Below are positions 20,601 to 29,800 of a stretch of DNA of 60,574 nt, in pieces. The number at the start of each line of letters is the position of its first letter. The stretch's first letter is position 1. The notes beneath the pieces are model-generated. The model worked only from the letters and a program-made list of their open reading frames with translations. It was not told where the DNA came from and ran no database searches. A program made the position numbers and the translations under genes. This DNA comes from Planctomycetota bacterium (lineage in GTDB: Bacteria; Planctomycetota; SZUA-567; H5-PLA8), in contig JBBRPR010000053.1 in NCBI GenBank assembly GCA_038227875.1, forward strand, positions 1 to 60,574, read 5' to 3'.

Positions 20601-21138
20601 TGTAACGGGTCCGAAGTTCCGGCGTTAAGTAGGGGAAGCCATCGTCGGCCCACCGCTTCCAGCCTTTACGGCAAATGGGAAACTTCAAGCGATGGGGACC
20701 ATAGACAATGCGATGAAAGGTGTAGCCTTTCGCGCACTGCCGGGGATTCCAAGCCGCCGTGGCCTTATTGCCGTAAATGTCCGCGGTTTTTTCAATGTTG
20801 TATTCATTGCCCATCCGCACAATCACGCCGTTCCGCACCAGCGCTTTGAAACGGCAGGCGTGCGTATCGTTGGGCGAACAGACAAAAGCGAAGCTGGAGT
20901 CGTACGCATATTGGTCGCGATAGATTTTTTCCCATCCGCGATTGGGGTAGAATTTCAGCGGATTGTCAACATCGTCACGGGCCTTTAACATCCGCATTCC
21001 GCCCAGTTCAGCGAGAAGCGCGCCACCCAGGCCAAGGCCTAACCATTTCAAAAAGGATCGCCGCGACGGATTCTCGCCCGATCCGGGCTTTGAAGCAGGA
21101 GTGTTCGGTGCATCGGGATTGATTGAATTCTCAGACAT
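17635..21138 (-). CDS. nxrA: Periplasmic type II DMSO-reductase-family alpha subunit, NXR/pNAR-like
   Basis: Tat signal SRRSFLK; NPL..YP.R.WE..YRDQY; FS0 motif CSPNDTHAC...NPRQCAKG; Mo-Asp loop NYTWHGDQ; FRGGMGLLG; ADNHAVNTVPKETLV. Confidence 0.88.
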   Translation of the reverse strand: MSENSINPDAPNTPASKPGSGENPSRRSFLKWLGLGLGGALLAELGGMRMLKARDDVDNPLKFYPNRGWEKIYRDQYAYDSSFAFVCSPNDTHACRFKALVRNGVIVRMGNEYNIEKTADIYGNKATAAWNPRQCAKGYTFHRIVYGPHRLKFPICRKGWKRWADDGFPYLTPELRTRYKFDSRGTDEFVRISWDQAFKYIASGLVSVAKTYSGDEGKKRLLDQGYQPEMVESMKGAGTRCCKFRGGMGLLGVIGKYGMYRVANTLAYVDAKVRGIEDEQSLAGRCWSNYTWHGDQAPGHPWVHGLQASDCDFNDLRFSKLIIQNGKNLVENKLTDSHWFIECMERGATLVTISPEYSPPATKSDYWIPIRPSTDAALWLGITKLMIDNKWYDENFLKAFTDFPLLVRTDNLKRLRAADIIKDYKSSLSPEGYSFKVQGLTKDDHAKLGDFVVWDKKTNSAQPVTRDEVGTFFAKRGIDSALEGTWTVRTVDGKDVEVKALWTMYIENHLKDYDLQTVAEITHSPADLIQRLAKDLGTVKPASIHQGEGINHWFHATEANRAAYLPLILMGNIGRKGAGCHAWSGNYKAALFQGSPWTGPGFKGWIAEDPFRVNLDPNADGKDIHAHAHTKDEEPAYWNHSDQALIVETPKYGRKCFTGDSHMPTPTKSMIFTNVNLVNNAKHAYQMLKNVNPKVEMIVSIDIQMTASVEYADIGLPANSWVELQDLEVTASCSNPFLQIWKGGIKPLYDSKDDADILAGIGKAIGEEIGDPRCSAYWKFILEGKREVYLQRLLDSSTTTRGYKVKDIMEGKYGVKGSALMLFRTYPRIPFWEQIEESQPFFTDTGRLHLYSDDPTAIQCGENFIVHREGPEATPYLPNVIVSTNPYVRPDDFGVPLDAEHWDARTIRNVKRSWEETLNTKNFLWERGYKFYLITPKSRHRVHSTWSNVDWHQIWDSSFGDPFRSDKRAPSVGEHQIHVNPDAARDLGLHEGDYVYVDANPADRPYVGATPDDPFYKVARCMLRVKINPAYSYNVVMMKHGTYIATEKSVKAQQTRPDGMALTADGYLANFRFGSQQSLTRNWHMPMHQTDTLFHKKKVHMSFLFGGEADNHAVNTVPKETLVKITKAEDGGMGGVGLWLPGAQGNTPGSESDLMKRYLAGGFLGDV

Positions 21139-21165
21139 CGCGGCACCTCCAAGCTGTCACGTTGC

Positions 21166-22836
21166 TTACTTCTCAATCTGCAAGCACTGCCAGATTGTCA
21201 CGTTTTTCTGCCCGTTGCGGTCGCCGGCGCTTCCATCCCAGACAGCGAACGCGATAAAGATCTTGTCGCCAGCCTTAAGCGTTAGTGCATGATCTCCGCT
21301 TTGCTGCAATGGCCGTCGGAACACAACCGAATAATTGCCTTTGTCCCATACCCCCTTGGCGTCGACGCCTTGATCCGAAATAGGCCGCGGGTCGAGCGTC
21401 CCCAGCCCGTGAGACGTCAAGCTTTCGACGGGGCAGCCACTAAACTGCGAGACCGGATTGCCGGCGCCGATTCCAGTCAGGAAGGTCTTGTCCGATTTCT
21501 GAGCTTCCTTTTTCGTGGCGTCGCGTAATCCGCCGAAATCGACGCCCATCGATTCGCTGGCAGACTTGTCTTTTTCCAGAACAGGAAACGTCGTGACATA
21601 CATGTCCGGATGAGCCGTGTGGACATCGCGCCGTCCGGCCACGTCGGCCTGGCGGTCGGCCTTCCAGTGCCAGATTCGAATGTCCGACGAACCTTTGGCT
21701 CCCATCGCGAATGACGGCGGGGTTTCGCCACTGGCCACTTCAACCGCAGCGCCGTCACGAAATCCCTGCGAGATCAGTTGTTCATCGTTATGTGTCCCAT
21801 CGCTCCACGACAGCCGGACATAGAGATCCTTTTCATCGTGAACGGTTCTCACCTCAATCGTTTCAGGCCGCTCTTCGCGCCACCACAGTGGCATCAGCGC
21901 CAGTGAAGTCGCGGGTACCGCCAACCAGGCTTCGGACGATGGATCATTCAGGTTTTGCAGTGTGCTCGGTCTGGATGTCAACGTCTTGAACTTCTGCACA
22001 TTACGCTCGTCAACCGCGGGATCGGAGAGGCTCTGGACGTAGTGCACGAGATTCCAGATCATGGTTGTATCCAAGGTCGTCATGTGTGACGGCATCGGCG
22101 ATCCCGGCATTCCCGCAGCGATTCGCGAAAATATCTGCTTTCCGTCGCGTCCGCCTTTGAACACGCCACGGGTCAAATCACGCGGTTTGGTGGGATAGCC
22201 GTCGGAGTCAAATTGAGGTTGCTGCGGCGTTCCCTTCGCATCCGCGCCATGACAGGCGGCGCATGCGGTCTCGTACGCTTTTCTTCCCAACAGCACACTT
22301 TCGGGAGTCGCAGGCGGCTCAACGCCGAATGGAATCGGCTTTGGGATGCGCTTGTCTGGCCGGCTGAGCGAGTTTACATAATGTGAAACGGCCCAGCGGT
22401 CTTGCTCGGGAAGTATCTCCCACGAAGGCATTCCCGACCCGGGCATTCCTCTCGAAATAGTATGAAAGATGTCGTCTACCTGCACCACCCCTTCTAGATT
22501 GGAAACGAGACGGAAGGAACGTTTCGTCAGATCGCGCGGCTTAGGGTTCAGCAGGTAGGCCGCTTCACCCTTTCCCGCACCATCAAGGCCATGACAGGTA
22601 GCGCATTGCGCCTGAAAGGTCGACTTTCCACGAGCTACGAGTGCCGGACTGACTTCCGGACCATTTTTTGAGGGTTCGGCCAATGGGGTGGAATCGCCCG
22701 TGATCAGTGTTGGAGGCTCGCCTTCCTTGCTTGAGGCTGGCCGAATTTTGGACGAATACCTCGCTCCAATCCAAACGGCGGCGATAAGTAGCCCAATGAC
22801 TAAAATCCAAAGTCTGCCCGAAGAAGCGTTGCCCAT
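21166..22836 (-). CDS. Membrane-anchored di-heme c cytochrome fused to an EbdC/NxrC-like heme-b DOMON domain (putative gamma subunit)
   Basis: N-terminal TM; CATCH and CAACH; then DGAAVE..PPSFAMG..IWHWKAD..AFAVWDGSAGDRNGQK; alternative start at 22866. Confidence 0.8.
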   Translation of the reverse strand: MGNASSGRLWILVIGLLIAAVWIGARYSSKIRPASSKEGEPPTLITGDSTPLAEPSKNGPEVSPALVARGKSTFQAQCATCHGLDGAGKGEAAYLLNPKPRDLTKRSFRLVSNLEGVVQVDDIFHTISRGMPGSGMPSWEILPEQDRWAVSHYVNSLSRPDKRIPKPIPFGVEPPATPESVLLGRKAYETACAACHGADAKGTPQQPQFDSDGYPTKPRDLTRGVFKGGRDGKQIFSRIAAGMPGSPMPSHMTTLDTTMIWNLVHYVQSLSDPAVDERNVQKFKTLTSRPSTLQNLNDPSSEAWLAVPATSLALMPLWWREERPETIEVRTVHDEKDLYVRLSWSDGTHNDEQLISQGFRDGAAVEVASGETPPSFAMGAKGSSDIRIWHWKADRQADVAGRRDVHTAHPDMYVTTFPVLEKDKSASESMGVDFGGLRDATKKEAQKSDKTFLTGIGAGNPVSQFSGCPVESLTSHGLGTLDPRPISDQGVDAKGVWDKGNYSVVFRRPLQQSGDHALTLKAGDKIFIAFAVWDGSAGDRNGQKNVTIWQCLQIEK

Positions 22837-22997
22837 GGTCGGATCCTCATACTCCCATATCAACATCCTGCGTAGACACGCTAATACTATATCTGGATAT
22901 TGTTATCTGCAATTTATTTCTACCACTTTTAAATGTTTTTATTTGGAGGCTAAAACACTATGCAATTTGACCTGTTCGCAAGAAACTTTATATTTTT

Positions 22998-23495
22998 ATG
23001 ATAATATCGCAACGTCGTCTATTTATTGATCTAAACGTGCGCCAGGTGGATCTCCAGGATTTAAGTGAAGCCGTCTGGAGGGACGTAACACCTTCTGCTC
23101 CCACGCGGCCCGTTGCCTTTTCATGCCAAATCGAAGAGTCCGCACGTTATTGCACTGCGGACGCGCATTGGATGCGACTGGTGCTTTTCAATCTCTTTAG
23201 AAATGCCATCGAAGCCATGCATGCAACGACAGCGCCAAGACTGCAGTTCACGGTCGAAAGGCGCATGTCTGCAATTCAACTGTCCGTAATTGATAACGGC
23301 TGCGGTTTGAGTCCGTCGATGCAAGCACGGCTGTTCGAGCCGTTCTTTTCCACCAAGGGCGAGCGCGGCACGGGGCTGGGATTAAGCATTTGCAGGAAGA
23401 TCGTGGAGTTGCATTCCGGGCAACTCACGTTTGATAGCGAATCCGGCAACGGCGCACGAGTTGAAATTCGACTGCCGTGCGATCTCCGAAATTGA
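22998..23495 (+). pseudogene. 5'-truncated sensor histidine kinase (HATPase_c only)
   Basis: N box NLFRNAIEA, G1 DNGCG, F box LFEPFFSTK, G2 GTGLGLSI; no HisKA or sensor region, upstream is AT-rich non-coding DNA. Confidence 0.75.
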
Positions 23496-23536
23496 TTCTC
23501 CGACCTACGATCGGATTTTGACTGGAGACTGTCGCG

Positions 23537-25186
23537 CTATTGCTTGGGTGCCGTCGGAGGCTTGTCTTCCGGCAGTGGAAGGGCAGGCGGCAGTGGAAGG
23601 GAATTATTCTTGAGGGACGCCGGCGAGGGATTTTCCTGAACCGGCTGGGATTCGCCCCCTTCTGTCGTGTGCGTCTCAACTTTCTTTTCAGGACCCGTCG
23701 GGAAGCGCGCGTATTTCCGGGGCCCCATGAATTCCACTTTGGTATTGTCCACCATGAACAGCAAAATGTTAGCCACGGGATTTTCTTCGATCGCTGACGG
23801 TTCGCCCTGGTCGCTGATATAGTAGGCAATGAAACCGGGGCCGGGATATTTGATGGTGCCCGACTGAGGCTCCCAGAGTGTAATCTCGCCTGTTGTCTTG
23901 ATGTCCGGCTCACCGAGTATCTCGTGGACGTCACTGACTTGTCGAATGGCGCGGAGCCGTTGCGTGACCAGCCGCAAATCGTCGGAAGCCTTGGGGCCCT
24001 TGGCCTGGAGACGCAGGATCGCGGCCTTTTCGTCGCTGGTTGGTCCATTGCCGCGGCTGAGCGTGGCGATGAGGATGGCGCCCATCAGCAACACAATAAA
24101 AACAAGCACTCCCACGGCGATCATCAATACTTTCGGCGGGGGAAGTTTTGAGTTGGAGGCAGCTTCCGGCTGAATCGCCTGAGACGAGCTCGACATGCGC
24201 TGCGCGATTAGTGCAGCAGAGCTGGCCGCATTCATGGCTGGATTACGGCTGCTGGAATCGCTGGTGCTGCTGGGACTGCCCGGAATCTGCAACTGGCTGC
24301 TGAGACCCGGCCGGAACTTTCCGCCTGCAGCCGAAAGAATGCCCGATTTGCTATTGCCGGCACCCGCGCCTGCCCCCGCGCCAATCGCGTTCATGCGCGG
24401 AGAACTCATTCCAGAATTTCCCGTCCCTCCCGCGCCTTGCTTTTCCGCGCCAATGTTGATGCGAGACGAGTTTCCGGAATTAAAGTTGGAGGGCACCGCC
24501 ACTGCATTGAGGGACTGGGAACTGTTGGCGCTGTTCTGACGTCCCGAGCCTCCGGGTTTCAACACCGCGGTCATGAGCGATGAACTTTTCGCCGAAGGAA
24601 TGGCGGGACCCGCGGCGGGCTTGGGTTCAACAGGCTTCGGTACGGCCGCTTTGGCTTCGGCGGGCTTTTCAGCGGCCTTGGAATCCGGCGGCTTGATGGA
24701 ATCCTTAGGTTTGGCAGCCGGCAACGCTGCAGCGCTTTTGCCGTGCGCGCCATTTCCATTTCCATTTCCATTGCCGTTTTTTACAGCGGGCAAACTGTCT
24801 TTGCTTTTGCCCGCAGAGACCGCCTTCACCGGCGTGAGATTGGCGGCGCTCTTCAGTACTTCGGGAATCGGCGGTGCCTTGGGCTTCGGAACAGGATCCG
24901 GTTTATCGTCTTCGTCATAGAGCAGCGTGATGGCACCAACGCCGATCAGGTCGCCCTTTTTCAGCGCCCAACGAGCGACTTTCTTTCCATTTACCGTGAT
25001 GCCGTGGGGCGTATCGAGGTCTTCGACGAAAATGTTGGGGCCGGTCTTGCTGATTTTTGCGTGTTCGTCAGCAACCTTCTGGCCTTCGAGGCGGATGTTG
25101 CTGGAAGAGGCCCGACCAATGATCGTGGTGTCGATGAGCGGATACTCCTGCTCGATCGCCCCGCCCTTAACGACCAACTTCCGCAT
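23537..25186 (-). CDS. FHA-domain membrane protein with low-complexity linker
   Basis: IIGR..H..EDLDTPHGITVNG..LKKGDLI FHA-like domain; Pro/Ala/Ser/Gly linker; one TM; C-terminal extracytoplasmic domain. Confidence 0.8.
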   Translation of the reverse strand: MRKLVVKGGAIEQEYPLIDTTIIGRASSSNIRLEGQKVADEHAKISKTGPNIFVEDLDTPHGITVNGKKVARWALKKGDLIGVGAITLLYDEDDKPDPVPKPKAPPIPEVLKSAANLTPVKAVSAGKSKDSLPAVKNGNGNGNGNGAHGKSAAALPAAKPKDSIKPPDSKAAEKPAEAKAAVPKPVEPKPAAGPAIPSAKSSSLMTAVLKPGGSGRQNSANSSQSLNAVAVPSNFNSGNSSRINIGAEKQGAGGTGNSGMSSPRMNAIGAGAGAGAGNSKSGILSAAGGKFRPGLSSQLQIPGSPSSTSDSSSRNPAMNAASSAALIAQRMSSSSQAIQPEAASNSKLPPPKVLMIAVGVLVFIVLLMGAILIATLSRGNGPTSDEKAAILRLQAKGPKASDDLRLVTQRLRAIRQVSDVHEILGEPDIKTTGEITLWEPQSGTIKYPGPGFIAYYISDQGEPSAIEENPVANILLFMVDNTKVEFMGPRKYARFPTGPEKKVETHTTEGGESQPVQENPSPASLKNNSLPLPPALPLPEDKPPTAPKQ

Positions 25187-25448
25187 GTCCAACTCCCTGA
25201 AGCATTTCGTACTTCCAACTCGATGATACTCGGTCTCACACCGTCCGCAATCGGGGTGATCTTTATCTTACAACTTCTTTGACGCACGTGAGCACCGAAA
25301 ATGAGCTCGAATTGCGATTTTGTCGCTAAGATTTTTCATGATCAGGCCGTCTCGGCCGATTGTCAATGGCGCGAAACGCCGGAGCTATCCGGCGTTTCAG
25401 GGAAATTTTTGGCATAGGCGTCGGGCGCACGATCACGACCTTGGAACG

Positions 25449-26030
25449 TTAGTAATCCATGTCGTTCTGAGAGATATCATCGCCCATTCGTTCTTGCATG
25501 CCACCGCCCGTTCCACCGGAATACGCCTTCAATTTGTCATCCCAGATCTGTCCCAGGCCAATTTCGTCCTTGCCGTTCATCCCGTAGCTCCAGATCAGCA
25601 TCTGCGTCGGAGCGACCTTGCGGTACATGAGCGGATGACCCCACGGATCGACGAAGATGTTGCCCGTCGCCTGGTCGAAGTCCTCACGGTTGAACGTGCC
25701 ATCTTCCATGCCCATCCCGCGATAGACGATGCTCTTGTCGAGCACAACTCCGGTAGGAACATACGGTGAAGGCCATGTGTCGGGGTACAGCGGCGCGCCC
25801 GCAGGATATTCGCGGTACACAGCACGATAAGCATCCATCACTGTGTGAATTCGTTTGATCAGCGACTTCGTTCGCGACATGCGCGCGCGGTCGCGGACTT
25901 TCGTCGCGACCGTGGCGATCAGGGTGAACAGAAAGACGATGATCGCGATGACCACCAGCACTTCCAGCAGAGTAAAGCCGGATGAGTGGCGCGAGCGCCG
26001 TTTCAGCAAGGACCGAGGCAAGAAGCCCAC
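25449..26030 (-). CDS. Type II secretion/type IV pseudopilin, GspG-like
   Basis: G|FTLLEVLVVIAII prepilin motif; VDPWGHPL and IWSYGMNG...DDI GspG-type motifs. Confidence 0.88.
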   Translation of the reverse strand: MGFLPRSLLKRRSRHSSGFTLLEVLVVIAIIVFLFTLIATVATKVRDRARMSRTKSLIKRIHTVMDAYRAVYREYPAGAPLYPDTWPSPYVPTGVVLDKSIVYRGMGMEDGTFNREDFDQATGNIFVDPWGHPLMYRKVAPTQMLIWSYGMNGKDEIGLGQIWDDKLKAYSGGTGGGMQERMGDDISQNDMDY

Positions 26031-26033
26031 GTG

Positions 26034-26699
26034 TTACCTCCAGCTCGTCAGGTTGTCGTCCGTCGGTACCGGCGGCTGTTCCATGTTGTCGACTTCCACT
26101 TTGTCGTACTTGGGCAAGCCCTGGTTGACATAGTCGGCCGTGGCGTTGACCCAATTGCGGTGATCGACGCCGTAAGACCAGACATAGTTACGCTGAGTCA
26201 ACTTGTCCGAAAGCAGGTTACCCGCCCCGTCGAGCGACTGCGTGACCACAAAGCGCACGATCAGCGGCTTGGTGAAATAATCCATGAAGCTGCCGACCGA
26301 GTTTAAATTTGTAGCTCCTACAACGAGATACTTGTTGTTTACAAGCACTTTGGTGAGCGCACTGTTGTCTTCCGAGCCGTCGGCCAATGTGCCTTGAGGC
26401 GTCGCGCAATGGGTCTGGTAGAATCCAGGATTGTACGTGCCCGAACCGTTGTCGTAGACCGCACCATTTCCCGTGGGTCCGATCGGGAAAATACCGCCGC
26501 AGTCCATGGAGTAATTATCCAGCGCCATGCGGATGTTCTTGATGTTCGCAAGAGTCGCCGTTTCGCGCGATTTTCTCCGCGCATACGCCAGCAGCGGCAC
26601 CAGCAACGCCATGAGAATCGCGATGATCGCGATCACCACCAGCAGTTCGATCAATGTGAATCCAGGCCGACTTCCCCGGAGCGAACCCCGCTGTAACAT
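26034..26699 (-). CDS. Type II secretion/type IV pseudopilin, GspG-like
   Basis: [21 protein letters not shown]...DDNLTSW; ATG 26699 with AAGGAG RBS. Confidence 0.88.
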   Translation of the reverse strand: MLQRGSLRGSRPGFTLIELLVVIAIIAILMALLVPLLAYARRKSRETATLANIKNIRMALDNYSMDCGGIFPIGPTGNGAVYDNGSGTYNPGFYQTHCATPQGTLADGSEDNSALTKVLVNNKYLVVGATNLNSVGSFMDYFTKPLIVRFVVTQSLDGAGNLLSDKLTQRNYVWSYGVDHRNWVNATADYVNQGLPKYDKVEVDNMEQPPVPTDDNLTSWR

Positions 26700-26835
26700 G
26701 CGAACTCCTTTCGTACACCCCATCCACCCACAACTATGCTTGTTCGCCACGATCGGCTCGTACTTTTAGTCAGTTTACGTCGTTCTGCCCAGCCTGAACA
26801 CCCTGTAAATTTCAGGCCTCCAAACATTTTCCAGA

Positions 26836-29800
26836 TCATTCCGATCCGAAATCCGTGCCCAGCCACGAACCTTCCGGATCGACGCCGTCAATGGCGCGGT
26901 TGCCGTGCAGAATGAATTCGCCCGTGTAGGGTCCGTGAACCTTGCTGTTCCCGGCCGGCGGACCTACCACGCGGGAGTAAACGCGCGAATATTTGTGCAC
27001 CGCCGCCGTGTTGCGGAACTTGGAGTCGGTCAGTTCCACCGCCACGGTGACGCGGAACGTGTTCGAGCGGAATTTGATCGGCAGCGTCACGCAGTTGGTA
27101 ATGTGCTCGCTCTTGTCGGCCTGCCTCCAATGAGCCTTATCACTGGGATGATCAAACACGCCCCAACCGAACGGCCCAGCAACGTAATCGGGCTTGTGGT
27201 ATTCAACGATGCTTAACCCCGAGCTCTTATTGTATGGATAAAGTGGCCAGAAACCCTTTGCGGTCTCGGTGGGTACTTGTGATGCTCCATTTGCATTCGG
27301 AATTTCAGCCGCTCGTGTCATCGTGATGTGACCGTCGCCATCGAAGTCGATCGGACCAATCTGACCGTTGCTCAGACTGACCAGGATATCGTTGGCTGCA
27401 CGTTCACTGATATACTGTTGTTCAATGCGTAAACCCGAGGCGTCGCAACCGCGCCATTCGTCGATGCGGCGCTTCCACTCAAAGTCCGGATCCGGATTAC
27501 CCGTATTATCCGCGAAGTGCCCCGCCGGACGCGCAGGATAGAGCAGCGCCTCGGGAGGGGAACCGCCCACGACCTTGCCCAGCGGATCATGGAACACGCC
27601 CAGATTGCCACTGATCGGCCAGAAGCCGTCGATGGCCACGATGGCTTCAGAGGCGTTGCGTCCCCCCATGCCGACGACCAGCGTATCAGTGCCAAAATTG
27701 TAACCATAGTAGCCCTGCAGAGCATCGGCCAAGGCTGGCTGTCCCTTGCCCGCCGCGATCTGTGACCCGTCAAAGAACTGCCCCTTATTGCGCGGATCGG
27801 CGTAATTGCCGTGGCAGACTTCCCATGCGTCCACGCCAAGTATACGGTCGCGAATGCCCCATTTAATGCGCTGCTGGCGATTGGTCGTAACAACACCGTC
27901 TTCCACGGGAACATCGCGGGCATCCCACGCCTGGGCCGGATGGATCACCGTCATCGGAGACCGGTAAACAAGGTGGCCGAGCATGGCCACGAAGTCGGCC
28001 CAATTCTTGAACGGATGATTGCGGCCCGGAGCAGCGCTCATCTGCGCAGAGGGAACCAGAATTGGAGGATAGGCCGCTGAATAATTGGGCAGGCCGGGAC
28101 TTGCCGGCGGTAATTCAAACATCGGCTTCGCCGCAGCCGTAATATAGCGGAATTCGCCGCCGAGCTGATCCTCGAGCGTATTTTCAGGGAAGTCTCGAAT
28201 ATTGTCCTGCCACACCAGATCCAACGCATTTTTGCTATTATAGAAACCACCCCAATATTGGTAAGTCTGTGGGTATTTGCCGCGGGCCTCCACGAGATTC
28301 GCAGCACCGTATGGAATTCCACACCGGTAGTCGTTGTTTCTCTGCCCCGGGCCATACCCAAACGCGGTGGGCGTATTGCGGGCGTATGTGTGCGCGGTCC
28401 GAATCCAGAAACGATTAAAGTACGCGTAATAATCGGGAACCTGTTCTTCGATTCCATCCTGATCTTGATAGGTATGGTAGGCGCCCCAACTGATGCTGCC
28501 TTGTGACTTGGGCGCATCGTTCAGGACATTCAATCCAGCAAATGCCCCGCTGAACCCAGCCACTGCAGTTTCCAACCAACCCTTCGGGCGAAAATCGGCA
28601 GGATAGACATTGAGGTCCATCGGCACAGCCATCTCAGTAAAGTGAACGCTGGCGTTAGGCCACCACGGATTGACCTGATAGTCCATGATCTCATCGGCGA
28701 TGATCTCCTGGTACTTGCGGCCAATGCGCGTGATGCGCCAAGCATCGTCTTTGCTGATCCCAGGAACGAACGGCGCCTTCAAGATCGGAAAGTCGCCCTT
28801 GGGAACTGAAACGTTGGGCTGAACGAAGGGCATGCGAAGATTCGCCACGTCATCCACCAGTTTCAAATACGGTGCGGGCGGCATGGAGTAGGTGTCTTTA
28901 GCCGCATAGAGGCTGAAGTCCTGGACATCCTTGTCCTTACCTTGCGCCAATAGGCCAATGCCATCGGGTTTTGGAGGCGTCGCGGCGGGATCCGCGGGTG
29001 AAAAATCAGGAGGTCCGCCTTCAACCGGGAAGTACCGGCGGAACTGATCGCTCCAGTAATAGCTCGGAAATGTACCCGGGTATTGCAACATGTAGTCCGG
29101 ATTAGGAACGCCGTAGAGAGGATGCGGCTTCGCCACCGGATTTTTACGACAAAGGCTGCCATCGTTTTCGTCGAGGAAACTGAAATTGCGACCATCGGGA
29201 TAGCTGTAGTCAATGCCGGAGGTCTTGTCGATTGCCGTCACTGTATTGCTGTATTGCCCGGACGGATACGTCGGAGCATACGGGTGAGTCGAATCTCCGT
29301 AGAGGAGATCGATGGTGCATTTACGTTGCGCAAACCAATCCGTCCAATCGGACACATGGACTTTCCGGCACATCATGACTGAGTTTACATTCGGATCCGA
29401 CGCGTTCATGATATTCGGCGAAAGGCTCAGGTCGTAATGGCAATCGACAAAGACGTCTTCCGCGGGTTCGCCAGTACCCGATTTATACGGAAACAAGTCG
29501 AAGTCATCCTTATCGGCAGGGTCAGGGTTTAACTTCCCGGGCCTCGCAGCACTTTGCCGAATCTTAAAATATTGCGCGGGTTCAGGCGTGCGAAAATCCA
29601 TGCGGTTGAGAACCATGCCGACATTGTTTCTATATCCAGCATTCGGCTGATAATAATTCATCGGATAGGCGGCCGGCGGATTCACCTGTTGCGGATACCA
29701 CGTCGCCTGTTTCTTGTACACCCAGTCGGCCATATCCAGGGGTTCGTAGTGTTTGTGAATTGAAAAATTAAATGGGGCCGGTCCCATGACGCAATAGTAG

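Noticed and set aside
16071..21138. Ordinary cytoplasmic NarGH, or evidence that the host is an anammox bacterium
   Set aside because: The Tat signal and CSPNDTHAC FS0 motif differ from NarG (HGVNCTGSC); no hydrazine synthase or HAO genes are in the window, and flanking DNA looks much more GC-rich than known anammox genomes
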